Assembly (NCBI RefSeq): GCF_009914755.1
Contig: NC_060940.1
DNA: 64,000 bases
Reading direction: 5' to 3' (one strand)
From: the human T2T-CHM13v2.0 reference genome, Homo sapiens
Below are positions 1 to 13,925 of this stretch, one piece after another. A program made the translations under genes and the position numbers. Each line of letters opens with the position of its first letter. Position 1 is the stretch's first letter. Under the pieces are notes generated by a model. That model did no database searches, was not told where the DNA came from, and worked only from the letters and a program-made list of their open reading frames with translations.

Positions 1-480
1 CGTTGGACTCTGCGGCTAGCCAAAAGGGGAGGGGGAGCCCCGCGTCCTGGGGGCCCCCAGCAGGGGAAGGGGCGGGGGTTGCGCTGGGCATCCTGTCTGG
101 GGCATCTGTCTGGGACTTTTGTCGGTCCCACCTGGCGGGGGGCTTATGGTGGGGGTAGAGGGGAAGTCCCTGGCGCCAGGCTTGGCCAAGCCCTGCTCTG
201 CTGGGCTGCGGGCTGGCGGCGCTCACCCAGCTCCTCACCTGCCCCGCATCTTCCTGTTTTTCTTCCCTTTCTGGTTGGGCAGCGAGAGTTGAGAGGAGGC
301 AGATGGCTTCCATCCCAGAAATCGCTCTCCTCTTTCCATCCCTACAGAGAGGGACAGAGAGGCAAAGTTCCTTGCATCCCCCGGGGCGCTGTCCCTGTGA
401 GCTCCCGGTGTCCTGCACACGTGGGCCCCTGAGTGACCGGGCCCGTGTGCGTGGGATGGGGCTCCGTGGCCAGCCTGGCC
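1..480. promoter_or_regulatory. GC/CpG-rich segment (probable edge of a CpG island) with a GC box and G-runs
   Basis: High GC with many CpGs; GGGGCGGGG at about 69-77; six runs of 4 or more G at 26-78. Confidence 0.45.
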
Positions 481-1149
481 TCCTGGGGTTCACTTTCTGC
501 TTTCCTACCCCAACTCTTCCTGTGTGGCTTTGCTGGCCTTCCACTGGGGAGGCACGCGGGTTTGGAGGGCAGATGAGGGCCCCCTGGAGAGCTGTACCCC
601 TCAGTGAGGGCCGCCACCTTGATGGTTTTTGATGGATAATGGGGTTGACCTCTTTGTTCCTTCCAAATGTTTTTATGTTTGACCATTTGCTCAGCTGAGC
701 TTGTCTTAATAATTTGATTCGTGGTTAATGAGCCCCACATGGGAGAGAGGGCGGCCTTCATTCTGAACCCATTTGGGCAGCACGGGTAGCCGTCCTCGCC
801 GTGGGCTGCCTCAGAGCCCCCCCTGCCCAGTCTTGGGGTTGCTCCCGGATGCTGTGTGGGAGGCTTGCTCCTGGTGACATCCTCATCTCCCCGTGCACGT
901 TACTGCATTCAGAGCTTGGGTCACCTGGACACCGAACTCAGGTGAATTTTCTCTGAGATTCTGGGAGAAGGAGGACAGTTCTCTGGTAGGTTTTCCAGGG
1001 CCGATCACGGAAAGGATGAGACACAATTACGGTGGCAGTGTAACGCCAGGAAACTTTATTGCGTGAAGTCCCTCTCACTCCCTCTACCTCCCTCTTTTAC
1101 GTGGACTCTGCCAAAGACCAGGATACTAGAATGCAGTGGAGTGACCAAG

Positions 1150-1805
<656 letters not shown>

Positions 1806-2144
1806 CCACAAGTGTCTTAAGCCAGAATCTCCATTAAAATGCTTTCTGGAGGCTAAAAGGATGATATATTGATAATGAAATATTTAAAAGGCAGAAACCC
1901 CACTGAATTTCTTGGTCCACAGAGGGAAATGTGAATTTCATGACCTGAAGGATGATGCAGGAACTGAACACAAACCATCCTTGTTTCCTGAATCTGAATA
2001 TGCCACCCTCTTTTCATGGTGTCTGTATCTGCTCAGTCCGGCGGCCCCTCGAAAAGAGGGAATCTTGATTTTCAAACTTAAAATTTGGCCGAAAGCCCAC
2101 TGCTGCCCACAGTGCCCGCCAGACACATTCCTCTTCCTTTTTAG

Positions 2145-2310
2145 TTTCTATGGGAATACTCTCTTTGAAGAACCCATGAAGCAGTGTCAGGCTGGTGTGA
2201 GAATCAGCAACGATTTCTTTGAGGAGGAGAACCCGTTTCTTCACTCACAGGCCATGTCTGAGTGGATCAAGAAGAACAGAGTGCCCTTTTATGAGATTTT
2301 GTCTGCGTAG
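2145..2310 (+). other. Candidate terminal coding-like exon of an unidentified or decayed gene, or a lncRNA exon
   Basis: Strong acceptor ttcctcttcctttttAG (AG 2143-2144) followed by an open frame FYGNTLFEEPMKQ...SEWIKKNRVPFYEILSA* in non-repeat DNA. Confidence 0.3.
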
Positions 2311-3102
2311 ACCATTAGCTTGGTAAAAATGTCAAAACCATCCTCGTTCTTTAATAGCAGATTATTTTGGACTTTTCTCTGCAAGAAGCAGCATGGGCAT
2401 TCAGATGCTTTTAAGGATAAAATGTTCTTTCTCATCACCAGGCCTGGTGCTCTGGATGGCTGAGGTTTTAATGTGACTGGGTGTCCCTTGGAGTGGCTCC
2501 CAGGCTGTGCTCTTGTGGTTGGGTGGCAAGGGGTTGCTTTATTTGGTGGTGGCTAGAGGATGTTTTAGCAGATAAATCGGGCCCCCAGGAGCCCCTGAGT
2601 GCCAAGTCCTGCTGCAGGGCATGTGATTATGGTGGGGACGTGGTGGGGGGTGGAGGGTGGAGGGTGGGGGGCATTGATTTCCTGCCAATATCAGAAGTTT
2701 CACTGGCTTCTTGTGTATCCACAAACACCCACCCCATTGAGAAGGCCTAGAAAACCTAGCCCTCCCCAAGCCTTTATTGACCGCTTGTGAATGATCCCAG
2801 GGTGTGTCTGACCCACAGCTGTTCCTGGAGGGAGAGAGAAGTCTCTCCTAGGTATTTGGTTATCAACCTTAACCATTTGTTGAGCCTTCCCCAAGACCAG
2901 GCACCTCGGCAGAGATTTCTGTGTTGTCAGGTGGAACCGAGCATTCAAGGGTAATAACTCACTGGAGTCACTGAAATCCCTGATGGACGCACCAGATAAA
3001 AGCATCCAGGGTTGAAACCAGATCAGGAAGGTTGTTGTCAGCCTGGGGCTCCTGTAGAGGAGCATCCACGTTGCAGGTATTTTCCTTCTTGCTGAGGAGA
3101 AA

Positions 3103-3335
3103 CCTGGGTTTCTCAGCTTTGGCACCGTCACAACACTTGGGGTGAGACCATTCGTGGTGCTGGTGGGGGCCGTCCCGTGTATTGTAGGATGGTTAGCGGC
3201 ATCTGTGGTCTCCATCCTCTAGGTGCCATTCCCCCCTCCCAGCTATGGCTACCCCAGATGTCTCCAGACGGTTTCAAATGCCATGGAGCAAGGGAGTGGT
3301 ACATGAGCAAAACCACCCCAGTTGAGAGCCATTGG
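3103..3335 (-). mobile_element. MER20 (hAT-Charlie DNA transposon)
   Basis: Termini gggtttctcagc...gttgagagccattg and internal MER20 motifs (tgtaggatggttagcggcatc). Confidence 0.85.
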
Positions 3336-3520
3336 TCTACACTTGTGGAAATGTTTGAGGGTGACAGTGTTGAGCTTGGGTCCCTGCTGTACCCTTTATG
3401 AGCCATGCGGTCTTGGAAAATTAATACTACTGCAGGGGACTCAGTTTTCTCATCTATAAAATGGAGATAAATGAGATACACTTTCATAGGAAGGTTATAT
3501 GGGATTTACTGAGATAATAA

Positions 3521-3853
<333 letters not shown>

Positions 3854-4899
3854 CTGGGCATAGCATTGTAACACAGACAAAGCACAAAATACTTGGGCAA
3901 TATCTTTACATTTGGCTTGTCTAGACTCCATCCTCCATCCCCTCATGCACTGGTGCGGTGCAGAGCAGAATATCACCCACCTAGACTGCAGAGTGGATTT
4001 GGGTGGCATCTTGGCTTTCTGCACAAGACTTGCCTGTTCCCCACCACATCCGCCTGGTTCTCAGGGTCCAGGATTCCAGGAGGCAGGGATGTGGGCAGGC
4101 AGGGTAGGTGGCCTACCCAGTTCACTCCCATACTGGGGACTTGCAGAGCCGACTCCCTGAGATAGGGTGTTTGGACCAACCTCTGGGTTTTTGGATTTCC
4201 ATTTGAGCACAGCTGGACTACAGAGGCTGAAGCTCTCTCTGCTGAGATATAGATATTTCCCTGGCAACAATCTTTGAAGCTGACATGAAGACATGGCAAC
4301 CCGCTGGAACGCGGTGTGTCTGCTGTGGCGCTCTTGTAATTTGTGAGGCAGGCTCCTGAGGAATGCAGTGCGTAAGTGGGAAATTTTGGGAAGTTCTCGC
4401 ATCCCCCTTTGGCCGAAAGTGCTGCCTGCGCAGGTTGGTGGACGGTCCTTTGAGAAGGAAGAAGACACGGAGCACATTCCTGTTAGCTATGACAGAGAGG
4501 GGCAGGGTACACACTGGACATTTCAAGCCCCTGCAGGGAAGCAAGTCTTACTGTGCTGGGAGTACTTGTGGAGTGGGGGCTGTGTTGCCCTGGGCTTTAA
4601 TTCTTTCAGGAACATTTAACCGCAGGGCTGGCAGGCTGGATCTTGATATGTGTTTCTCAGTTGGAAAGGCTTTGGACCATAGGGAAATGTCTTCTCAATT
4701 CTTTTAATTTCATTAAGGTGGTCATTTTTCTTCTTGTGGCCTCTGGAATGTGACACAGAACTCAAGGTACAGGATGAGTTGGAGGCTGGGACAGGGGTCC
4801 CTGCCAGGGATGCAGGCGAGTCACATGATGGTGTTGATGTGTGGAGTCCGGTGCCTGGTTTGGGGAATGTTCATGGGATATGTTCCAAAGGACTTACGG

Positions 4900-5185
4900 A
4901 CCTATCAGGTACTGGAGGTGAATGGTCAAGTCTGATCTCAGGGCTGACAGTGTCAGGCAAGGACAGGAAGTTGACGTTGGACTCATTGGCTGAGGTTGCT
5001 TGGGACCCAGGGGGCAATGTGTGCCAGGACAGATGGGTCTGGGGCTAGGAAGGCAGGTTTGGGCTGGAGACTCGGGCTTGGGAGGCATCCCAGGTAGCCA
5101 GTGGTTGAGGCTGTGGAAATGACTGCGATTGCCTGGGATGAGAGTGGAGACAGACAAGATGGGGGTTTTGCTCTAAGCCTGGGGA
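4900..5185. mobile_element. L2 LINE fragment
   Basis: gggctggagactcgggcttgggaggcatc...gaggctgtggaaatgactgcgattgcc resembles L2. Confidence 0.55.
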
Positions 5186-5186
5186 A

Positions 5187-5390
5187 CCCACCTCCCAGGT
5201 TCAAGGGATTCTCCTGCCTCAGCCTCCCAAGTAGCTGGAAATGCAGATGCGCACCACCATGCCTGACTTTTGTATTTTTAGTAGAGATGAGGTTTGGCCA
5301 GGCTAGTCTCAAACTCCTGACCTCAAGTGATCGGCCCACCTTGGCCTCCCAAAGTGCTGGGATTATAGGCATGAGCCACCATGCCTGACC
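5187..5390 (-). mobile_element. Alu fragment lacking its 3' end and tail
   Basis: Starts abruptly at cctcccaggttcaag; ends gagccaccatgcctgacc. Confidence 0.9.
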
Positions 5391-5618
5391 ATTTTTAAAT
5401 ATTAATTTTTATGAAATATTTTCAAACACATTTTACTATACATTGAAAAGTCAATCATGATTTGAAAACTTCATCAAAATCCAATCAAATGTCAATTAAC
5501 CATTTAATCGTGGATGGGTAAGGAGACTATTTTGACCAAAACATATTAGAGAAATTACCACTTATAGAAATAATCTGTGTTTTAATGTTTTAGTTGAATT
5601 AAGCAATCTTTTATATTC

Positions 5619-5924
<306 letters not shown>

Positions 5925-5989
5925 TTCTGAATTTTATTTTTAATAATTATTTTTGTAAAGAGAGTATCTTGTTTTTTGGAGTTGTTGAA

Positions 5990-6805
5990 TTTATTGAATT
6001 GACAAAAAGTATGTACAAGAGGGTATACAACATGATGTGATTGAAGTATGTATACATTACAAAATGGCTAAATCAAGCTAAATAACATATCACCTCCTCG
6101 ACTTATTTTTTTGTGGTGAGAACACTTAAAAAATCTACTCTCTTAGTGATTTCCAAGTGTATGATATGTTGTTATTAACTGTAGGTACCATGTTGTCCCA
6201 TGGATCTCTTGAACTTATTCTTCCTCTCTAAAAATGACATTCTGTGTCCTTTGGCATCTGCCCACTTCCCCACCCTGACAACCATCATTCTACTCTGCTT
6301 CTATGAATTAAACTTTTTTATTTTCTTTTTCTTTCTTTTTTTTTTTTTGAGACAATCTCATTCTATTGCCCAGGCTGTAGTGCAGGGGTGTGATCTTGGC
6401 TGACTGCAGCCTTGACCTCCCAAGCTCAATCAATCCTTCCACCTCAGCCTCCTGAGTATCTGGGAGTACAGGCATGCACCACCACGCTCCACTAAGTTTT
6501 GTATTTTTTGTAGAGATGGGGTCTTGCTATGTTATGCAGGCTGGTCCTGAACTCCTGGGCTCAAGCAATCTGCCGGCCTCAGCCTCCCAAAGTGCTGGGA
6601 TTACAGACATGAGCCACCATGCCTCGCTGAGTTCAACTTTTTTAGATTCCACATATAAGTGAGATCAGGTGGTATTTGTCGTTCTGTGCCTGGCTTATTT
6701 CACTTAACGTAATATCCTCCAGGCTCATCCATGTTGTCTCAAATGGCAGGATTTCCTTCTTTTTGAAGGCTGAATAGTATTCCATTGTGTACATACACCA
6801 CATTG
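5990..6805 (-). mobile_element. L1MA-type 3' end, interrupted by an Alu
   Basis: Reverse L1 3'UTR motifs (ttagattccacatataagtgagatc; ggctgaatagtattccattgtgt). Confidence 0.85.
6314..6629 (-). mobile_element. Alu (AluJ-like) nested in L1
   Basis: Reverse Alu; flanks gaattaaacttttt / gagttcaacttttt. Confidence 0.92.
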
Positions 6806-7204
6806 TTGCTGGAAGTATAATGGAGGCCAGTTGGGGGAGGAGGGGGAAAAGATTCACTCTAAGTCTAGATGCTCTAGCACCCACCCAGGATGTGTGCAAG
6901 GAAGTGCAGGATGCTCCTGGTCTTGCAAACTGTGGTTTGTGGGACTCCAAAGCCCCTATCCTTCCACGATGCTTTCTGTCCTGTTATCACATTTCCTTGG
7001 AGGAGAACCCAGCCTTGGTGGAGAGCCCTGCCCTGGCTTTGTCCCTCCGCATGAGATGGCAAAGGATGGTGCTGCTGGGAGACCCTCACATCTGTGCACT
7101 GGGGGCTGCTTGCCTTCTCCATTCCTCCTTCAAGTATCTGAGCAGCTCCTGTGTGCCAGCTGCTGGTCTACAAGATGGATGGGTCCTTGGAGATCACGCT
7201 GTAG

Positions 7205-7428
7205 CAGAGGAGGCAGGCTACAGCCCACAGGCCAGAGACAGCCCCCTGCCTGTTCATACAAATAAAGTTTTATTGGAACACAGCCACACCTATTTCAGTG
7301 CATATTGTCTGTGGCTGCTTTCCTGCTACATTGGAGAGTTGAATAGTTGGGACAGAGACCTATGGCCTGCAATGCTGAACTATTTACCATCTGGCCCTCG
7401 AGAGAAACAAAAAAAATGCTGAGCCTTG
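7205..7428 (+). mobile_element. MER58A DNA transposon
   Basis: aataaagttttattggaacacagccacac...tatttaccatctggccct. Confidence 0.9.
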
Positions 7429-8364
7429 TACCCCGACAGTCTTAGGTTAAGAGGACTTTGTACCACCCTGACATCCCAGGCGGCCATGAGTCCAGCCACC
7501 CTTGAAATGTACACAGGTCTGGGCTAGGGTTGGAGCAGGTGAGTCCCAATTCTGCAGGTCTTTGGTATCAGGGGCATAACCCAGGATTTTGAGTGGGGTT
7601 TCCTCACCATGTGGCTGGGCACTGGGCTAGGGTGCTTTTCGATTTTTGTATGGGGAAGAGAAAGGAGGGAGGAAATGGCAACTTGTTGCCCTGTTCTAAC
7701 ATTTTCCTAAGATGGGTCTCCAGGCAAGGGCTTGGGATCTCACCTCGCACAGCTTACAAAACCCAGTGAGGCCGGCTGTCTTGGCGCTGCCACTCTGAGG
7801 GATGGAGCCCCCAAATTACTAGGAAGGGAGATAAAAGAATGGTTTCTGCGAGCACAACAACTGGCGTTATGGAAATTAACATTTCCCCCAAGTTTTATAA
7901 TGTCTAAGCATGCATATTTAAGTGTTTGCCTCAAAAGCTCTTGCTAATAACCAGATGGTGCATTTAATTTCCTTTTTTTGTTCTCTGAGCAACATGCAGC
8001 TTCCTGCACAGCCTTCCTTGCAGGCAACTGCACTGAGGTGACAGTCCTCCTGACTGCCAGCCCAGATCCCCAGGGCCTCTGAGAGCCCTGTATTCTGGGG
8101 GCAGCCTTTCCCCTTCTATTCGGCCCCAGCTGGAAGGGGGCAGGTCACCCACAGCCTAGCACAGGGTTCCTGCCTTAGCTTCTCTAAGGCTCCCTCTGAC
8201 CCTCTAGACCTCACCAGCTGAGGATCAGAGCCCCGGGGCAGGAGCCAGGGCCGTGGAGCGCTTGGGGGGTGGTCTGAGAGTGCAGCTCTGAAAGGGGGTG
8301 CAGGGTGTGCCCAGGAAAAGCTGTTCGGGGGAGACTGCAAAGAGATGGCAGAGTTAGGACAAGA

Positions 8365-8789
<425 letters not shown>

Positions 8790-9344
8790 TTATTTAACCT
8801 GCTCCAGGTGAGGCTGCGCTTTGTGTGTTTTCCTTTTCCTTGTGTTCAGGCTGTTGTAGAAACAGGTACGCAGGGGCTCTGTGTGGCACCCTGTTCTGGG
8901 GGCCTTCAGGAAGGATGGGGTGCCCTGGTTTCCTTGGCTTCGTGTCCCCCTTTCCTCCTGCCACCCCTGACTGTGCCCCCCACCTTGTCCCTCAGACCGT
9001 CCTCCTGGAGGGGCCTGGCCGGGGCTTGTGTCCTTGCTAGTCTCTGGGGAGGAAGACTCTGTGGCTTGAAAGCCTGTCGGCTTAAGTTGCAAGGTGTAGG
9101 TGCCTGGGAGGGGACGTGCACGGCCCTCTTGACTGATCCATTCATGTTTTTCTTTTCTGACTCTGTTCTATGTTGTCCTGATGTGGGGGTAAGCCCCTGC
9201 CTTCTGCCTTTCCTGCCTTGGACTCTTGGAATTGGGCCAGATGAGAGGGTCTATGTGGTCTGAGTATAATTTGTTAGTTTTTGTTCTGCTTATTAAAAAT
9301 ACAAATTATTATTTGTTCATTTGTAAAGAATTCAAGCAATGCAG

Positions 9345-9808
9345 ACCAGGTGTGGTGGCTCACACCTGTATTCCCAGCACTTTTGGAGGTCAAGGTGGGC
9401 GGGCCAGGAATTCGAGACCAGCTTGGCCAAAATAGTGAAACCCTGTCTCTACAAAAAATACAAAAGTTAGCTGGGCTTGGTGGTGCCCACCTGTAATCCT
9501 AGTTATTTGGGAGGCTGAGGCAAGAGAATCGCTTGAACCCAGAAGCAGCAGGTTGCAGTGAGGAGGAGGTTGCAGTGAGGAGGAGGTTGCAGTGAGGAGG
9601 AGGTTACAGTGAGGAGCAGGTTGCAGTGAGGAGCAGATTGCAGTGAGGAGGAGGTTGCAGTGAGGAGGAGGTTGCAGTAAGGAGGAGGTTGCAGTGAGGA
9701 GGAGGTTGTAGTGAGGAGGAGGTTGCAGTGAGCCGAGATTGTGTCCCTGGACTCCAGCCTGGGCAATAGAGCGAGACTGTGTCTCAACAAAAAAAAAAAG
9801 AAAAAAGA
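9345..9808 (+). mobile_element. Alu with an internal minisatellite expansion
   Basis: Alu left arm, linker and right arm, with a 17-bp unit amplified in the right arm. Confidence 0.93.
9546..9732 (+). repeat. Alu-derived minisatellite, 11 x 17 bp (GAGGAGGTTGCAGTGAG)
   Basis: ggttgcagtg-like core at 9551, 9568, 9585 ... 9721 with exact period 17. Confidence 0.97.
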
Positions 9809-9910
9809 ATTTATATAGAAAACAAAAAGCAAAACTTCCTTTTGATTTGCTTTTCTTGATCTTGCTTCTCAGAGGTAACACTGGGGAGGGTTGGGGTATA
9901 CCTTTCCACA

Positions 9911-10197
9911 TCTTTTTCTTTTCTTTTTATTTTTTAAGTTCTGGGATACATGTGCAGAATGTGCAGGTTTGTTACATAGGTATACATGTGCCATGGTGGT
10001 TTACTGCACCTATCAACCCATCATCTAGGTTTTAAGCCCCGCATGCATTAGGTATTTGTCATAACACTCTCCCTCCCCTTGTCCCTCACCCCCGACAGGC
10101 CCTGGTGTATGTTGTTCCCCTCTCTGTGTCCATGTGTTCTCATTGTTCAACTCCCACTTATGAGTGAGAACACACAGTGTTTGGTTTTCTGTTCCTG
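9911..10197 (-). mobile_element. 5'-truncated L1PA 3' end
   Basis: ttctgggatacatgtgcagaatgtgcaggtttgttacataggt; TSD-like tccacatcttttt / tccacaccttttt. Confidence 0.92.
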
Positions 10198-10899
10198 TCC
10201 ACACCTTTTTCCTCTGTGCACGCAAGCACATGTATTTGCACGTAAGTGCTTATTGTAACCTTTTTAAAAAAATAAAAATGGAATAATGCTATATTCATTC
10301 TTTGGAAAGCCTGCTTTTCAGGCAGCGTGTCTTTGACATTGTCTCACGTTGGAACCTGGGTACCACCTTCTTCTCCCAGCAGGTATTCTGACGTGTGGAT
10401 GCACCACGCTTCGTTTAACCAGCCCTGCACCGATACGTCTGTGGATGGTTTCCGCCTTTTCCCAGTCACAGACGGTGTTCTGATGAATTTCCTCACACAC
10501 ATCACTTGGTGCTCTGTGCCTGCATTTCTGTGAGATGTTCCTGGAGGTGGGCTGTCTGGATCAGAGGGGGATCTGTGCTCAATTTGCATCCTGTGCAAAA
10601 TTCCATCCAGTCATCCGGCTCCCCCAGGGCTCACATGGTACTGTCGTCTGTAGACATCATCTTCTGCAGATGATGGCACGACCGCCCCTCTTTCTTTTAT
10701 TCACACTAATCTGCACCTCGGTGTCCTGGGGTGGGGGGGTCCCAGCCCCTACCCACTTGTCCCCGCAGACCCTGCTAACGGTCCCCCAGCCCCTGCTAAC
10801 AGGGACTCTGGCTTCCGAGCTCTGGCAGACTGCCTCACTCTGGAGAAGTTTGCTTTCTCAAACATTCCTGGCAATGTTACTGCAGATCTCGAGGCCTGC

Positions 10900-11050
10900 C
10901 TTTGCCTTCTTCAGTTTCCTCAAAAGTAAAATGGGGATAATGTGATACTACTGTCTGCATCCTAGAGCTGCCATGAGGGTTCAGTGAGATCACTGTTGAC
11001 AGCACGTTCACGGCGCCGGCCTTGTGCGCAGTCAGCACGTGTGGGGCAGG
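10900..11050 (+). mobile_element. MIR fragment
   Basis: tcagtttcctcaaaagtaaaatggggataat MIR core. Confidence 0.7.
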
Positions 11051-11925
11051 GCTGTTGCTGATACGTGGTTGACTGTCATTGCTAGACTGTGGCTTTACCG
11101 GGGGCATTGTCTTAGTGCCGAGCCCAGAGCCACCCCTAGTACCTGCTGTGTTTATAGAGTGATTGAGTGGCAGGGTCAGAGAGTGGGGCAATGGCAGCAG
11201 AAACAGAGGAAAGAAGTGGGGCTTCTCAGACATAACATACTATCTAATTACTTTTATATTAAAGCCACTTCCAGGCAAAACTAGCATTTGATGATAGATA
11301 CCAGAACAGTGGCTGCTTGGAGTGAGGGCGGGGAATTCAAATTGAATGGAAAAGGGGCCTGAGGAAATTTTCTGGGGTGATTGAAATGTTTTGTATTTTG
11401 ATCTGGATGATGGTTGTGTAGCTGCATACATGTGTCAACATTCCTCATGCTGTATGTTTAGATTTGTGATTTTACTATATGTAAATTAATAGCTTAATAA
11501 AATACTATTATAAAATAAGCTATAAATTAAATGGAATTAACTTCAAGTTTAAAAAAAAAAAGAAGAAGTGGGGCTCCTAATAGGTCCTGAACCAGTGACC
11601 TTTGAGATGAAGTCTTCTTGCCAAGGTCTGGGGCTGTGCTGTGTATTCTAGGCCTGAGACTGGAAGCTAGGCCTGGCTGTAGCCCCCGCTGAGCTGGGGA
11701 AGTGCAGGTCAGCATCCTGCTTCATTAGGACACCTCCAAGCCCAGCTTAGACCTGGATGCCAGGTGACCCTCTGTTTACTCTGAGCCCAGACAGAGGACA
11801 GGGAAGTGTGGAAGGGTGGGGACCCTCATCACAGCCCTTGACTCTCTAAGGCATATGGGTTTGTGCACATGTGTGAGCACGGCTGTGGTTTCTCTGTGAG
11901 TTTCAAGCTCTAGGTTGTATTTATG

Positions 11926-12092
11926 CAGGGTTAGGCTTTCCAGGAGGTCCAGTTAAACCTGAATTTCTCATTAACCATTTCTTTGGGGGGCAAGTATATC
12001 CCATGCAATATTTGGGACCTACTTACCCTAAAAAATGATTTGTTGTTTATCTGCAATTCAAGTTTAACTGGCATCCTGTCTTTTCACTTGCT
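11926..12092. mobile_element. MER53 palindromic DNA transposon (source family of miR-1302)
   Basis: Inverted arms ccagttaaacctgaattt ... aattcaagtttaactgg around the centre cccatgcaatatttggga. Confidence 0.88.
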
Positions 12093-12795
12093 ACGTATGA
12101 GAGTTCCGTGTGGGGGTTATCAGTGTGCATTTGTGAGTTCCCATGTGAAGGACTCTCTCCAGGTGTCTGGAGGTGCCAGGATGGAGATGGACAGAGAAGA
12201 TCCTCTTGGGCTGCTTTAGTGGCACCTAGAGGCTGTGGGGTTGGACACTTCAGCCCCAGGGGCCTGGGCAGCACTGTCCAGCACCTGCCTGCTCCTGTCT
12301 TCTTCACGGGGGATGACTTCCCTGCCATCTCTCTCCAAATACGGTGGCAAGAGCTATCCCATCCGCCCCCATCTGGAGCTCGGCTGCCCAGCCAGACAAG
12401 ATGGCAAACAGTGTGCAGATGGCTGCAAAGCTTTCCCCAGCTCCTTCTGCAAGGGGCCTGCAGATGAAACGGAAGCCCTCATCCCCACCACCTCCCCCTT
12501 CCAGAAAACCCAGGCAACAGCCACCTCTGAGTGCTGCTTTAGAAGCTTCTCCCTCCTGGTGATTAAACCACCCCAAACAAATAAAGCACTGCATTTCCAC
12601 CATAAGCTTGTTCACATGCACGCAGCCAATTGTCTTGGATCCACCGCCGGTGTGCCTGATTCATCAGCGTGAGGGGTTCTCCTCTGAGGTGCTCGCAAAG
12701 AGCCGCTTAATTTTCATCTGAAAGACTCTCTGTAGAAACCAGGCTCAGCTTTGGAAGAAAGCCCTTTCTCCCCTTTAGCAAATGCTGTGTCATTC

Positions 12796-13227
<432 letters not shown>

Positions 13228-13399
13228 TGAACTTGGCCTCTGAGTCCGTGGCAGCCTCACGTGGGAAATACCACCAATGAGCCTCATCCTGTGCTTTTAG
13301 GAGATAGTTTCTATTTAGTCATTGCTGAATCTGTTACAGACAGGGTCTCAATTTCTTGCAAGTCCTGTATGAGGTGGGTGCTGTGATTATCCACATGTT

Positions 13400-13925
13400 C
13401 ACTTGCTCTCTCTGGCCTCTTTCAGGCTCTTGCACTTCCTTTGCTCTTTTCCTGCCACAGGGCCTTTGCACATCCTGCTCTTGCTGCCTGGAAAGATTTT
13501 CCCTCTCCCTGCCTCTTCACCTGGTCATGGTCTCATCTGACAGTGGAGTCACTACATCCTCAGGGAAGCCTGGCCACACTGACTCAGTCACAGCAACCCC
13601 CTATTATCTGCTTTCATGACACCAGGTACCTCTCTGTGGTAGACACTAGCTCAGGTACAGCTTCCTACTTCTGTGGGTGTCATCCTTCCCCTTCAAGACT
13701 GTGGTCACTGTGAGGGCCAGGTCCATGCCTGTTTCTGATTCTCATTTGTGTCTCTAGTGTTTAGTATATGCTCACCTAGAATTTGATTAATAAAAGATGG
13801 CATGCCCATTTTACAGATGAGAAAGTTGAGGCTCAGGAACATTATGTAACTTGCTCAGTATTAGATAGTGATGGTTTGAAGCCACCTGGCTGGTCGCTGG
13901 GTGCACACTCTTAACCACTTCACCA
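13400..13925. mobile_element. L2 fragment followed by a reverse MIR
   Basis: cagggcctttgcacat L2 motif; cccattttacagatgagaaagttgaggctca MIR motif. Confidence 0.65.

Noticed and set aside
79-761. Overlapping 100-140 aa ORFs at the window start
   Set aside because: Expected by chance in GC-rich DNA; no recognisable protein.
6787-7422. Longest ORF in the window (211 aa)
   Set aside because: Runs across an L1 end, unique DNA and MER58A; no recognisable domain; chance ORF.
9546-9732. CRISPR-like array
   Set aside because: Head-to-tail units with no spacers, derived from Alu sequence, in a primate genome.
9390-9911. 173-aa repetitive ORF (LQPPPHCNLLLTAT repeats)
   Set aside because: Antisense translation of the Alu minisatellite.
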